A DNA stretch of 64,000 nucleotides from Octopus vulgaris (taxonomy: Eukaryota): the NCBI GenBank assembly GCA_951406725.2, contig OX597814.1, forward strand, positions 117,242,001 through 117,306,000. Direction: 5' to 3'. The position numbers and the translations under genes are program-made. The first letter of the stretch is position 1. The number at the start of each line of letters is the position of its first letter. Shown in pieces: positions 26,089 to 39,080 of this stretch. A model generated the notes under the pieces. It was not told the DNA's origin, did not search any database, and saw nothing but the letters and a program-made list of their open reading frames with translations.

Positions 26089-27412
26089 GGAATAACCGAT
26101 CTCACACACAAACACACCTCAGTCTGTGTGTTATTCAGAGAGCGCGTATTGCAAAGTTTTAAGTTCCCAATCGAAACATTAAATACCACAAGTAGTAAGA
26201 ATGAAAGATTTACTATGACACATACATTTCGGTTCAAATTTATAGCTTACTATGTCACTCATATAATCTTTGATGTCAAATATTTAAGTGTAAACAACAT
26301 ATATGTTTTCGTATTAATTACGTACAGAGTCAATATGGTGTTCGCTTTATATAATATATAAAACATCGGCAATTTCATCAACATAGATCGATAACATAAA
26401 AGCAAATCCCGTATATACGGAGTTTGAATTCATTGACCTGACAAGTAGAAGTATACTTCCTGGTTCCAAGATTGTAACATTTGTGAACACCTCTAGCAAA
26501 TAACACATAAATATTTGTTAATATGGGATATACAAATGTTAATTTTTACGTTATTGCTTAATATTAATACAAGCTAAACGAACAATAGCATTCTCAACAT
26601 AGAAAATATTGGTAATTACAAAAATACCACATAACACGAATCATATAAATCATCTAATCAGTATACACAATTTTGTATAGGTAATAATTAAAACAATGCA
26701 AATTTATGCAGCTATAATTACTATATTCTTATAATACGGTCAGACGAGTGGCCCTCACTAGCTTTCCGGCGTTGTATAAATAACTGTAAAACCATTGCCG
26801 TGTATTTAATGCGTTGAAAGGTGTTGGATACTTTATGGTTAAGTAAATGATATCTAAAGACTCGGATTGGCACGATTCGATTACCATTTCTTATGGTCTC
26901 TAGAGTCAGGGCTGATATGAATTTGAACGTTAATAAAAACGAAGTATTACAGTTATTATTATATGCGTATATTACCCTCGCATATGTTCGATCACAAAAA
27001 TTCGATTAATAAAACTACAGAAATGAAATACTTTTTGTCTATAAACTTACGTAGGAAACAATTTTTGAAATATATGATATATAGTCATTAGAAATACAGT
27101 GGAGACAAGGAAAAATATATTCATATATACATACATACATACATATATATATGTACATATATGTTTAGGTATATACATATATATTCAAATATCTCCCTAT
27201 ATATATATAAATAACGACATGCACACACATAGACATATATATAAATGCTTCCATATATACTTATATATGTATATATATATATATATATGCATATTTATAT
27301 ATATATATATCAATATATATAAACACATATACAAATATATATGTGTATGCATGCATGTATATATATATTTATACATACATACATACATACATACATACAT
27401 ACATACATACGT

Positions 27413-27462
<50 letters not shown>

Positions 27463-28154
27463 TATATGTATACGTGCACATCTCATAAAAATGTATGAAA
27501 TCCAATTCGTAAATGTAAAAATGAATGGTTACAAATTAAATTGGATGTCAGAAAGATCTTACTGAGAAATTTCAAATAATCGACGTATATATAGGTAATT
27601 TCAATTTCTTCAATATATGACAAGATAGCATTGAAAGTCTTGAAGCACCAAATATGAAATCAATAAGCAAATTATATTATCCAGAATGATTTTCCAAATT
27701 GCATACAAAATATTGATTAATGATAATCAATATTTTTTGTAATGATTAATATAGATCAATATTATTGAGAATAAAACAGATTCACTATGCTTGTGTGTTG
27801 GTGTGTGTATATGTGCGTGTGTCTGAGCGCGCGTATGTGTGTGTGAATATGTGCGTACGGATAGATTGATACATGGATAGATTGATAAACCGGTAGATAG
27901 ATACACTCAGAGAGTAGATGAGAGAATGTTAAAGAAAGAACGGTACAGGTGAAAGGGAAGATGTGTTGAAGATTGAAATACAAACTCCGTATGTTTGCAT
28001 CTTAGAAACAAAACGCACCTGCACTGGTTACACTTCTTGCAGCCTTACCAGTTTATACTACCAACAGTTAATGTCTTCCTTGTTTGTTCTTTTAGTATTT
28101 TCGAAAACAAAACAACTAACCCACATATACATACATATTTATCTATCTATCTCC

Positions 28155-28240
<86 letters not shown>

Positions 28241-28248
<8 letters not shown>

Positions 28249-28540
28249 TTAGAGACAAAACCACTATTTTGCAAAACAAACAAGGAATTTTAATAAAAAA
28301 TAATTTGAAACTGACTTGAAAATCGGAAATCCACCTGAAGATTGTCGATCAAGACATGAAACAATTGTAGTGGCGGTTTTTTTACTTTTTATTAAAATTT
28401 TATGTATTGATTAAGTCTTTCCTTGTTTGTTTTGCAAAATAGTGGTTTTGTCTCTAATTAATATTATATAATATTTTACTATAAAATTGGATTTAATCCT
28501 AAATCTGATTTTTTCCTTGTAAATTTGGATTTATTCCCTA

Positions 28541-28548
<8 letters not shown>
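28241..28548 (+). mobile_element. Short hammerhead-bearing insertion in (TA)n
   Basis: Perfect 47-bp inverted repeat 28241-28287 / 28419-28465 around a hammerhead; long (TA)n on both sides. Confidence 0.75.
28331..28373 (+). ncRNA. Minimal type I hammerhead ribozyme motif
   Basis: ccac-CTGAAGA-t-tgtc-gatcaa-gaca-t-GAAAC-aatt-GTA-gtgg; palindromic stem III ACAATTGT. Confidence 0.8.
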
Positions 28549-28625
<77 letters not shown>

Positions 28626-28677
28626 GTATATATATATATATATATATACGTATACATATATATATATATATATACGT

Positions 28678-28731
<54 letters not shown>

Positions 28732-28922
28732 GTATATATATATATATATATATAAACAAAGATAAATGCGATACAATAAAATTAATTACAATCGCAGGTG
28801 TACCAGTACATGCCATATATTATACATATATCATTACATTCAAGGCGAAGAGTGCACTAGATACACAATAGCTGGATAAATTTAGTGAGATGAAAATTAA
28901 AAACTTTTACAAACTTAACTTT

Positions 28923-28995
28923 TCTTATACTGCAGTTTCGCCAAATTCAGTAATAAAAATAGTATTTATTTACTCAGGCTGGCTCTTCAGTAAGA
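28923..28995 (-). ncRNA. Type I hammerhead ribozyme motif (unit 1)
   Basis: tctta-CTGAAGA-gcca...tggc-GAAAC-tgca-GTA-taaga; all core positions canonical. Confidence 0.88.
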
Positions 28996-29326
28996 TTCCT
29001 GTTAATGATGGGAAGACCATATCAATAGACCCATGTGCGTCTATCGAAATGCTCTTTCTAAACTATTCAAAACACTGCGCAGACTCAGAACAAACCCGAC
29101 AAAATAGGGGATTGTGGTATATCGTCTAACGGTCAGAAATTTATCGAGAGATTATGTAAACAAAGATAAATGCGATACAATAAAATTAATTATAATCGCC
29201 GGTGTACCAGTACATGCCATATATTATACATATATCATTACATTCAAGGCGAAGAGTGCACTAGATACACAATAGCTGGATAAATTTAGTGAGATGAAAA
29301 TTAAAAACTTTTACAAACTTAACTTT

Positions 29327-29399
29327 TCTTATACTGCAGTTTCGCCAAATTCAGTAATAAAAATAGTATTTATTTACTCAGGCTGGCTCTTCAGTAAGA
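29327..29399 (-). ncRNA. Type I hammerhead ribozyme motif (unit 2)
   Basis: Identical to 28923-28995. Confidence 0.88.
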
Positions 29400-29729
29400 T
29401 TCCTGTTAATGATGGGAAGACCATATCAATAGACCCATGTGCGTCTATCGAAATGCTCTTTCTAAACTATTCAAAACACTGCGCAGACTCAGAACAAACC
29501 CGACAAAATAGGGGATTGTGGTATATCGTCTAACGGTCGAAATTTATCGAGAGATTATGTAAACAAAGATAAATGCGATACAATAAAATTAATTATAATC
29601 GCCGGTGTACCAGTACATGCCATATATTATACATATATCATTACATTCAAGGCGAAGAGTGCACTAGATACACAATAGCTGGATAAATTTAGTGAGATGA
29701 AAATTAAAAACTTTTACAAACTTAACTTT

Positions 29730-29802
29730 TCTTATACTGCAGTTTCGCCAAATTCAGTAATAAAAATAGTATTTATTTACTCAGGCTGGCTCTTCAGTAA
29801 GA
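29730..29802 (-). ncRNA. Type I hammerhead ribozyme motif (unit 3)
   Basis: Identical to 28923-28995; the array ends about 2 bp beyond it. Confidence 0.88.
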
Positions 29803-29806
29803 TTAC

Positions 29807-29910
<104 letters not shown>

Positions 29911-29982
29911 TTACATACATATATATATACATACATATATGTACATACATATATATGCAAATGGGATATGCATATATGTAAG

Positions 29983-30230
29983 TTTTTTCCTTCTCAAGCC
30001 ATGCCTGGCTCATAAGGGCCGATTTCCCGGTTTTCTTGGCGTACAGGTTTCCCACCTGTACGGGACACCGGTCTGTCGCAGGTGAGCTGAGGTTGCCATT
30101 ATTTTCTGTCGGAGCCACGTGAAGCTTAGGTGTTTCGCTCATAAACACAGACATCGCCCGTTCTGAGATTCGAACCTGCGATACCTCGACCTCGAGCCCG
30201 CAGCTCTAACCACTAGGCCATGTGCCTCTA
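29983..30230 (-). mobile_element. SINE family C, internally deleted
   Basis: Reverse complement of 10286-10588 lacking the central pyrimidine tract. Confidence 0.85.
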
Positions 30231-30719
30231 CTATATGCATATAGGGTACAGGACGTCACAAAACACAAGCAACATGAATTACGAAAATAAAGCTGAGTAT
30301 GCGAACAACGAGAAAAACAAATGTAAATCAAGACAAGTCATATAAAAAACGACGCTTCATCGATTGACGATTGCACTTCTATTCCTTATTTCGAGCGGAC
30401 AGCCAACACCTGATGAATGGTCGTTCTTTTACGGGACTTGTTCTGTTTTCCATTTGTTTCTCTCGTTGTTCGCGTACCCAAATTTATTTCCATATTTCAT
30501 GTTGAGATCGTGTGCTGGAACGAAAGAATTGCAGCGTGGAAGCTGTTTATAAGCCATTTAAAACAAAGATATTTTTGCCGCTAAGACACCGCGACCTGTT
30601 CCTTGACATCTCGGACATTTGTCATGAACATGTCGCGGTTTCAGAGCGACGAAAATATTTTGGCAAATTACATTTAAATGTTGATGTAAATCTAACGATT
30701 TTTGTAGGTTTTAAGTCAG

Positions 30720-31048
30720 CCCCAGGACTTATTCTTTGTAAGCCTAGTACTTATTCTATCGGTATCTTTTGCCGAACAACTATGTTACGGAAACTTCAAC
30801 ACACCAGCATCGGTTGTCAAGCGATGTTAGCGGTACAGACGCAAAAACATACACACACACGCACACACACACACTCATATATAAATACGAAGAGCTTCTT
30901 TCAGTTTCCGTCTACCAAATCTACTCAAGGTTTGGTTGGCCCGAGGCTGTAGTAGAGAACAGCCTCCAAAAGGTGCCACGCAATAGGACTGAACGCCAAA
31001 CCCTGTGGTTTGTAAGCATGCTACTTACCACACATCCACTCCTGCGCC
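30720..31048 (-). mobile_element. SINE family B, 3'-truncated
   Basis: Homology to other family B copies. Confidence 0.85.
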
Positions 31049-31140
31049 TATATATATATATACATACAGGGAAAATATGTGCAAAAAGAACAATACAAAC
31101 TTTTTAAGAGATCCAAAGTGAGAGAAAAAATGATTTCTAA

Positions 31141-31430
31141 CAAATTACGTTTGAATACTCATAAATAATATTTTAATGATCATCAGAAGGAAAGTAGTAC
31201 ATGTTTATCCAAAAAGGTATGCCAACTTAAAAGAGACAACAAAAAATTCTCTAAATATCTCAATTTCTTGAAATTGTTTTTCTTCTGCACACTCTTATAT
31301 GATTAGAAATAGAACGTGCCTTTTATGCCTTGAAGAATCATATATAATTATGAAAATGATCGTTGTATCTTAAAATCGAGAGATAAAGAGTTCCTCTAGT
31401 ATACATATGTCCAAATTTCTTTTCATTAAA
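31141..31430 (+). mobile_element. PLE GIY-YIG endonuclease C-terminal remnant
   Basis: Hand translation across frameshifts: KLRLNTHK*YF...SSTCLSKKVCQLK...SY...RTCLLCLEESYII...HMSKFLF, matching the PLE pattern (ST.LSK..W.LK...C.LCL.EK..I...H..KF). Confidence 0.65.
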
Positions 31431-31555
31431 CATAGTCTTATTAATTACCTCTTTTTCATTTCCTTCTTATTTTACTGTTAGGTATATGTATATGTATGTA
31501 TGTGTGCCTGTGTGAGTATATCTATGCACTTGTGCTCATGTTTATATATGTATGT

Positions 31556-31603
<48 letters not shown>

Positions 31604-33379
31604 GAATACATGAGTACGTGTATGTATATATATATATTCGCATGTAGGTATGTATGTACGTGTATAATTGTATGTTGTTTGTGTTTGCATTTGAATGTAT
31701 TTTATCGTATGTCTACATATGTATATACAAGTATATGTAGGTGTGTATGTATGTCTACTTGTTTTGTTTGTATATGCATAATTTTGTGTATGGATACGAT
31801 AAAACGCACACGTGTGTATATCTATGTATACATATGTGTATATTTCTGTATGTTTTTTTTACATGATTTTTCTTTGGTGTATTTGAATGTATATATGCCT
31901 TTTTGCTTGGGTGGGTGTATATGTGTGTGTGTATTTCTATGTGTGTTTGTATAAATGTCTGTATGAATGTATTTGTGTATGTGTGCATATGTGTATATAT
32001 ATGTGTGTGTGACTTCGTATATATGTATGTATATGTATGCAGGTATGTATATATATATGTGTACATGTGTGTATATATACATTTATTTATTTATATATTT
32101 ATATACATGTATATATATATGTATGTGTGTGTGCGTGCATATGCATGTGCGTGTTTTTTATGTATGTGTTTGTAGTTGGGGGTATCTATCTATCTATCTA
32201 TCTATCTATTTATTTATCTGTCAATGTATCTCTCTCTATATATATGTATGTGTGTATATATATGTATATATTTATGTGTATCTCCGTGTATATATGTATA
32301 TATATATATACCTGTGATGTGAATATGTACTCCTTTATTTTACTTGTATCTTCCCTTACACATGCACTCTTCTATGTGTATGTGTGAGTGTATGCACTTC
32401 TGTGTGTGTGGGTATTTGTGTGTTGGGTGTGTGTGTATGTATGCATATATATGACTGTATATCCTTATGAGTTAGGTGTATACGTTTTTTCTATCAATTG
32501 TAAATTTATAATAATCTTCTCTTTCATATATTCGTTTTTGTTTCTATTTTTTTCTGATTGTCTCCCTTAGCCCAGCCTACTTTTTGAGGAAGGTAACTCT
32601 CTTGAATACACCGACCGGTCCTGTCTGTGATCGATGCTTTTTTATTGTCAACTTCTCTTTGTTTTTCCTCTGCTTGTATGTACATTTTTACTTAAATATT
32701 TTAGCTTTTTCAAACATAGTCTCGTCTATCATATTTAGCCTTGTGTAATATATATATATATATATATATATTTTTTTTCAATGTTAATATGTATACGTAT
32801 AATTCTCTATGGCATCTTTTTCTTCTATTGTAACTTTGTAACTGTATATATTCTACTATACACACGTGACGTTGTTTACATTATACTTTGTCTCGACCTG
32901 TTACTTTTTCTTTAAACATACACGCTAGATGTTTTATTTTTCTGTTATAGTTTACTGCACATATAGACTTACATACACATTGATATGTTTGTATTTTTTT
33001 CTGTTTCGCCTCTCTCACTATTATTATTATTATTATTACTGTTATTTTGTTCCCTTTTACAACTGGTTTGTAAATATCCGATTTTTCCCTATCACCCCAT
33101 GTGTATTTTACCATATTGTATCTTAATTTATTTTGTGTTAGTTTATTAATCCTTTTTTTGATGTCCTTCCAAACATTGCTCACACTGATGTGTATGACAA
33201 TGCATAAATTTAATATTAATTACTATGATTATAATTTTTTCTTCCATATTTTTTGAAACGTGCGTGTGTATTTTTTATTATACCTAATTTTGATTCAGCG
33301 TATTTTTCTCCTCCATTATTATACTTGTTTATGTTATATTTTTACACATAACGATACTTTTTTAACTGTATATATAAAT

Positions 33380-33535
33380 ATTTATTTTCTCTAATTGTTT
33401 CTTTCTGTGTTGCTTTCTGTCGAAGAGCGTAGGCTCGAAACGTTAAAAACATTTCCACTTCCCGAGTGTTAAACTAATACATCTATTTGTTGTCTACACC
33501 ACCTGCCTTCGTCTTTTATTTTATTTGTGAATTCT

Positions 33536-33538
<3 letters not shown>
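33380..33538 (+). mobile_element. Short pLTR-like repeat with variant hammerhead
   Basis: ttt-CTGTCGA-a-gagc-gtag-gctc-GAAAC-GTT-aaa at 33414-33447; followed by (TA)n. Confidence 0.6.
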
Positions 33539-33584
<46 letters not shown>

Positions 33585-33844
33585 ACACATTGTAAATGCA
33601 TGGACACACTCACATATATATATGTGTATGGATTTATAAGTATATGTATGCGTAATCAATAATGAATGCATTTCTGAGAAATACTTAGACGCAACACTTA
33701 ACCTAAACAGTGGATTGTTTGAACCTTTTCCCAAACCAACTGAAAATTAAAAATATGTTAGTAAAAGCAGAAATCATATACTTTCGTTATTATAAAGTAT
33801 ATATATGTGTGTTTGTATACATATATTATATATGCACACATATA

Positions 33845-34372
<528 letters not shown>

Positions 34373-34373
<1 letters not shown>

Positions 34374-34564
34374 ACCGCGTGTGTACCGTTGGCGATTTTT
34401 TCCTCCGTCTTCCCTCCTTTGGATTTTTCCTTTACCTGTGTTACTGACGAAGAGCCCGCTCGAAACGTTAAACCCTCATTCTTTCGTGAGCGTCCAATAA
34501 TACTATACTTGTTCCACGTCCTCGCGTTGTTGTGTTTTCTCTTTGTGTTTTCATGTTTGGATTA

Positions 34565-34568
<4 letters not shown>
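34373..34568 (+). mobile_element. Short pLTR-like insertion with hammerhead motif
   Basis: gtta-CTGACGA-a-gag-cccg-ctc-GAAAC-GTT-aaac at 34440-34473; microsatellite on both sides. Confidence 0.6.
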
Positions 34569-34620
<52 letters not shown>

Positions 34621-34676
34621 TAGATAGATATACATATATATATATATGCTTGTATATATACACACACACATATATA

Positions 34677-34726
<50 letters not shown>

Positions 34727-35254
34727 TATTTATACTCGCTTACGTATACAAACTAAAATGTTTGCATATAAATAATATGGGATTTGATGGAAGTTATATA
34801 GATAGGCGTGTTTGTAAATTCTTTGAAGTAACGTGCATACAAGTACAAGTGCTTATATATGCAAACATGCAAGATAGAACGGAGCCCCTTCATTTTACAA
34901 AAGTCAGTGTTTACATTAAATATTTAATATATAATTAACGATTTGTTGCCTCTCTTCCTAACGTCTATTATATTGATTAAAGTGACGGCTATTCTTTCTT
35001 CAATGAAACTACCTTCAAAGCTTATGGTATAACAGTTATAATAAATATAATTTAGCGGAAATGACGTTCGATGATTTAGATATGGACAGATACACGCACA
35101 CACATATCCATGTGTATGTATATTTCCAAATATAAACTGTATAGATAGGTCTCCAGATAACTATATATTTTTAACATTGCATATAAATATAACTAAATAC
35201 ACATTTATATGATTACATGTATAGACATATATATTGATATTTCTGTGTGCCCTT

Positions 35255-35460
35255 CCCTGTTGGCTGATTACCTCCCGAGACATCAGACTCGGCAATGACT
35301 CCCTGGTCTCGCGCTATTTCTTCTCTGCCGGTCATTTACTACAACATCTGAGTGTGTTAGAACTATCTTTGCACAGGGGCATCTGGTCTCTCACACTCGA
35401 TGTGACCTGGAGTTAATCTTTTCTCTTCGCTTCTTTGCGCCACGTCGTCTCAACTCTCCC
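35255..35460 (+). mobile_element. PLE GIY-YIG endonuclease C-terminal remnant (second type)
   Basis: RDIRLGNDSLVSRYF..GHLLQHLSVLEL then ELIFSLRFFAPRRLN, matching the PLE pattern (VA.HF...H...L.V...E..LIF.L....P.GLN). Confidence 0.65.
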
Positions 35461-36057
35461 CCTCTTTTTATCTGACACTTACATCCTTTCTTCACTCTTA
35501 CCTACATCCTCTCTTCACTGATACCTCCCCACAAACACACAATACCTAAACACAGACAATATATACTCCCACACAAGCAAAATCACATGATAGCTGAACA
35601 TAGGCTATACATATCCATACACACGCAACACGAAGAACCGCTGTATACATATGCAAAGTTAACTTACGCCTACATATAAACACCATACACATGCACGCTG
35701 TTTAGTAGAACACGCACACATGTACACACACCACGTCGAGAAGCTCACCGCAACTACTACACACAACACACACACGTTACAGACGCACACACTTACACAT
35801 GTACACACTCACACACCTCATAGTCACTTGCCCCTAGATGGCCGTTTACTCCCAAGAGTTCCTTCGCTCTTTGACGGGTTTTGTTTTTCATCCTGCAGGG
35901 TGACCAATAAACACCCTCCTCACCAAGCAAGCTTGGTGGGGTTGCCGGTTTAGTCGCCAACGATCCGACCATGCAACAGGTTGTACTGGGTTACATGTTA
36001 CCAGTAGCACTCGAAAGTGACCTGACATACATACATACGTACGTACATGCATTATAT

Positions 36058-36345
36058 TATTATTATGGCTGCCCTCCCGTTATCGAGTATGGCCATTGCA
36101 CGAAGCTTAACTGTTAGTGGTGCTGTGATCGAATGTGACTTTTTAGCCCAGCCAAAGATCTACAATGTCTTGTACAGAATTGGCAACTAAAACCTTCACC
36201 GGTAATAGCCGGCTGTAGTTGTAACTGGGCTTCATGTACCTTTGCATGTCGTTTAAGTCCTCCTGCCGAATGACATTCTCTTCCACATGCCTGACAGATA
36301 TGATTAGTATGGTGTATAGCACCACCACCAGTGGCCATGTATGAA
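36058..36345 (-). mobile_element. RTE-like LINE 3' end, 5'-truncated
   Basis: CQACGRECHSAGGLKRH and CQFCTRHCRSLAGLKSHIR, stop codon, short 3' UTR and ATA-repeat tail. Confidence 0.7.
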
Positions 36346-36452
36346 CGTTTGACCAGTGGACAATGTATGAACGTTTGACAATGGATATATATTGTCATAT
36401 TGATAATGGGTACGTTATTTAAGCTGCTTAAACACAAATTCTCATACATACA

Positions 36453-36486
<34 letters not shown>

Positions 36487-36608
36487 CATACGTACGTACG
36501 TACGTACATATATACATACCTACATACATGTAAACATAAAAACATACATACATACATACATATATACATACATACATATATACATACATACATACATACA
36601 TACATACA

Positions 36609-36642
<34 letters not shown>

Positions 36643-36669
36643 CATACTGCTTGCGCAAGAGTCCTTGCC

Positions 36670-37290
36670 TGAAAACCTAGAATACATGCCCAAAGAAGTC
36701 GCACAACTCTACTGTAACGTAATATCAAGAAGATGAGGCTATATGCTCAGAAGACTAATTCATCGATATGTTAGTGGAAAATTCTGAGATGATAGTAACA
36801 TTGATTAACAAGGTAGTCTATCATACCCGGATTACTACCTTCCACTTTGAAGGGTATGCGCTTGCAATCCAGGAACAGGATATATCAACCAACTACCTGA
36901 TGCACAAAAGAGATAGGGATACAGGAAAAGCAGTAAAATGCGACAACCGACGAACACTTTTTGAAGTTAACACCGAAGATATCACCAACATCATAAGCTG
37001 TTGTCCGAAAATGTCATCACGGTATTATCTACCGATGACACATGATGGCGTAGCTACGAAAATCTATAGTACACTCTGTCGGAAGGATAACATCGAGGAC
37101 AAAGAAATAAGAGCCCATAGTATAGTAGAAGAGTGGAATGTCTCAGTGAAAACCTAATGAATTGTAAGCATAACAGGCCTGCTATAATGCTTTGGGATTG
37201 AAAAGAAAAAAGTTGTGGTATTTAACTGCCCATCGGATGTACACATAAAGTTGGACATAAGTATAAAAGAGAATTCCTACGCCGAACTAT
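36670..37290 (+). mobile_element. R4/Dong-like LINE fragment
   Basis: EGYALAIQEQDISTNY...EDITNIISCCPKMSSRYY...HDGVA...HNRP (CCHC and RLE region). Confidence 0.75.
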
Positions 37291-38926
37291 ACAAAGATGA
37301 TACTAGAAAATGCCAGTGTTTTGTTAATTACACTTTACCTTCATTTAACTTTTCAGATTTTTTGTTTGCTTTGCTGTCTTTCAGTGTGATTTCCATGTCA
37401 GATGATAGCATAATTTATAACATACTGGACCATATTGTATATGGTCAAAGAACGTAATTGTTGGAAAGGTGCAGAGTGGGGGAAGTAATTACAGACAAAC
37501 ACACAGGTCCAGAATATTCATTGCTATAGGAGTAAAGACGGCACACAAGCGCCACAAATGCACTTATAACCATGCAAACTCAATCTATATTACTCGTTGA
37601 ATGGAGGATGATCATGTGTTGCTACACAATTTATTGTTAATTCCATTCTCTCGCTGTTTACTCCCACGTCAATCTTCACGAAGAGAATACATGATCACCT
37701 GTCATTACTACCTTAAATTTGGTATATATAGGTCTTCATTATTTAATGTTACTTGTTTCGAAAATTCGCAACTGGAAGGAAATATGCGAAGGGGATTTGA
37801 CTGTATTTTCTATCAGATCACACGAAGATATAGCATTTCACTCACTCTTTTTTCTTTCTTCCTTTCTCTCTGTCTTTCTTTCGTTTTTCATATTTTACAG
37901 GTTTTCTGTAATTCAGCTGATGCAGTAGAAATTTTACATTTTTTTGCTAGAACTTCTCCAGTCATAATGCATACACTTTTGACTCTACCAAACGCAACAA
38001 TATTGTTTAATAACCCAATGATTCTACTTTCTGGTGTAGCTTTGAATAAAAAAAAAAGAAACTGAACTAAATCATTGCATCGTGGCGCAGAACCAATATA
38101 TTAAATCAGAAATAGTAGAGAAATAAAAACCTTCCAACCAATATGCTGAATGAGAGAAGCGACAATAAAACACCAATATTACTACAGCTATTACGAAAAA
38201 AGTAAATAGCATGGAACCTCTGGGAGATATTCATTGAAATACTGGGTGTGCTGCAACTAAAAACGATTATTCACACAAGAATCTGAAATAAAACGACTAA
38301 ATAACGAAAAAGCCAAAACCCGATAATCTCTTTCGTTGAGGAAGCACCAATGGAGTTACGCGAATCATATAAAACCTAAAGCATGAAAGCTCTTCAACGC
38401 TCTGCAGTAATATTATACGCTAAATGCAAACAAACAAGCAACGCTACAGAAAACATTAACATTATAACGAAAATATAACTTGCAAGATTTTTACAAACAC
38501 CTCACCAATGCCTGAACAGTTTATTTGTTACACCATAGGCCTTGGTAAAGCATGCATAATTATGCTTATATTTATAGGCAAATATTTATATTAGCGCGCA
38601 TAGATCTAAAATATATACAACACACTGTAACACTGGCTTCCATAAATCTGTTGAATGTCCAATAACTCCGAGAACGAATGAATTTATCAAAGAATTCATG
38701 ATACTCAACACACACGCACACGCGCGCACACACACACATACACACACACATATATATATATAAATACAAACTACATTATTGGATCCCAAAAACATACTAC
38801 AGAAAAGATTCACTCATAGAAATGTCAACAAAAAAAGGTATTGCGCGCAAGTAGAGGTGATAGATATAAAACGGAAATCTGAAGCACAAACACATAAAAT
38901 AACATAATATATATATATTATGTAAA

Positions 38927-38968
<42 letters not shown>

Positions 38969-39002
38969 CATACATACATACATACATACATACATACACA
39001 CT

Positions 39003-39080
<78 letters not shown>

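Larger units (their letters stand above)
28753..29804 (-). mobile_element. Tandem retrozyme-like array, 2.6 x 404 bp
   Basis: Units 28753-29156, 29157-29559 and 29560-29804 (partial), nearly identical, flanked by (TA)n, one hammerhead per unit. Confidence 0.85.

Noticed and set aside
28753-29804. CRISPR-like or satellite interpretation of the tandem array
   Set aside because: No short repeat/unique spacer structure; eukaryotic context; only 2.6 long units.
36114-36728. 204-aa ORF as a host C2H2 zinc-finger gene
   Set aside because: The N-terminal part is (TATG)n read-through; the fingers lack the TGEKP linker and are followed by a short UTR and repeat tail typical of an RTE LINE end.
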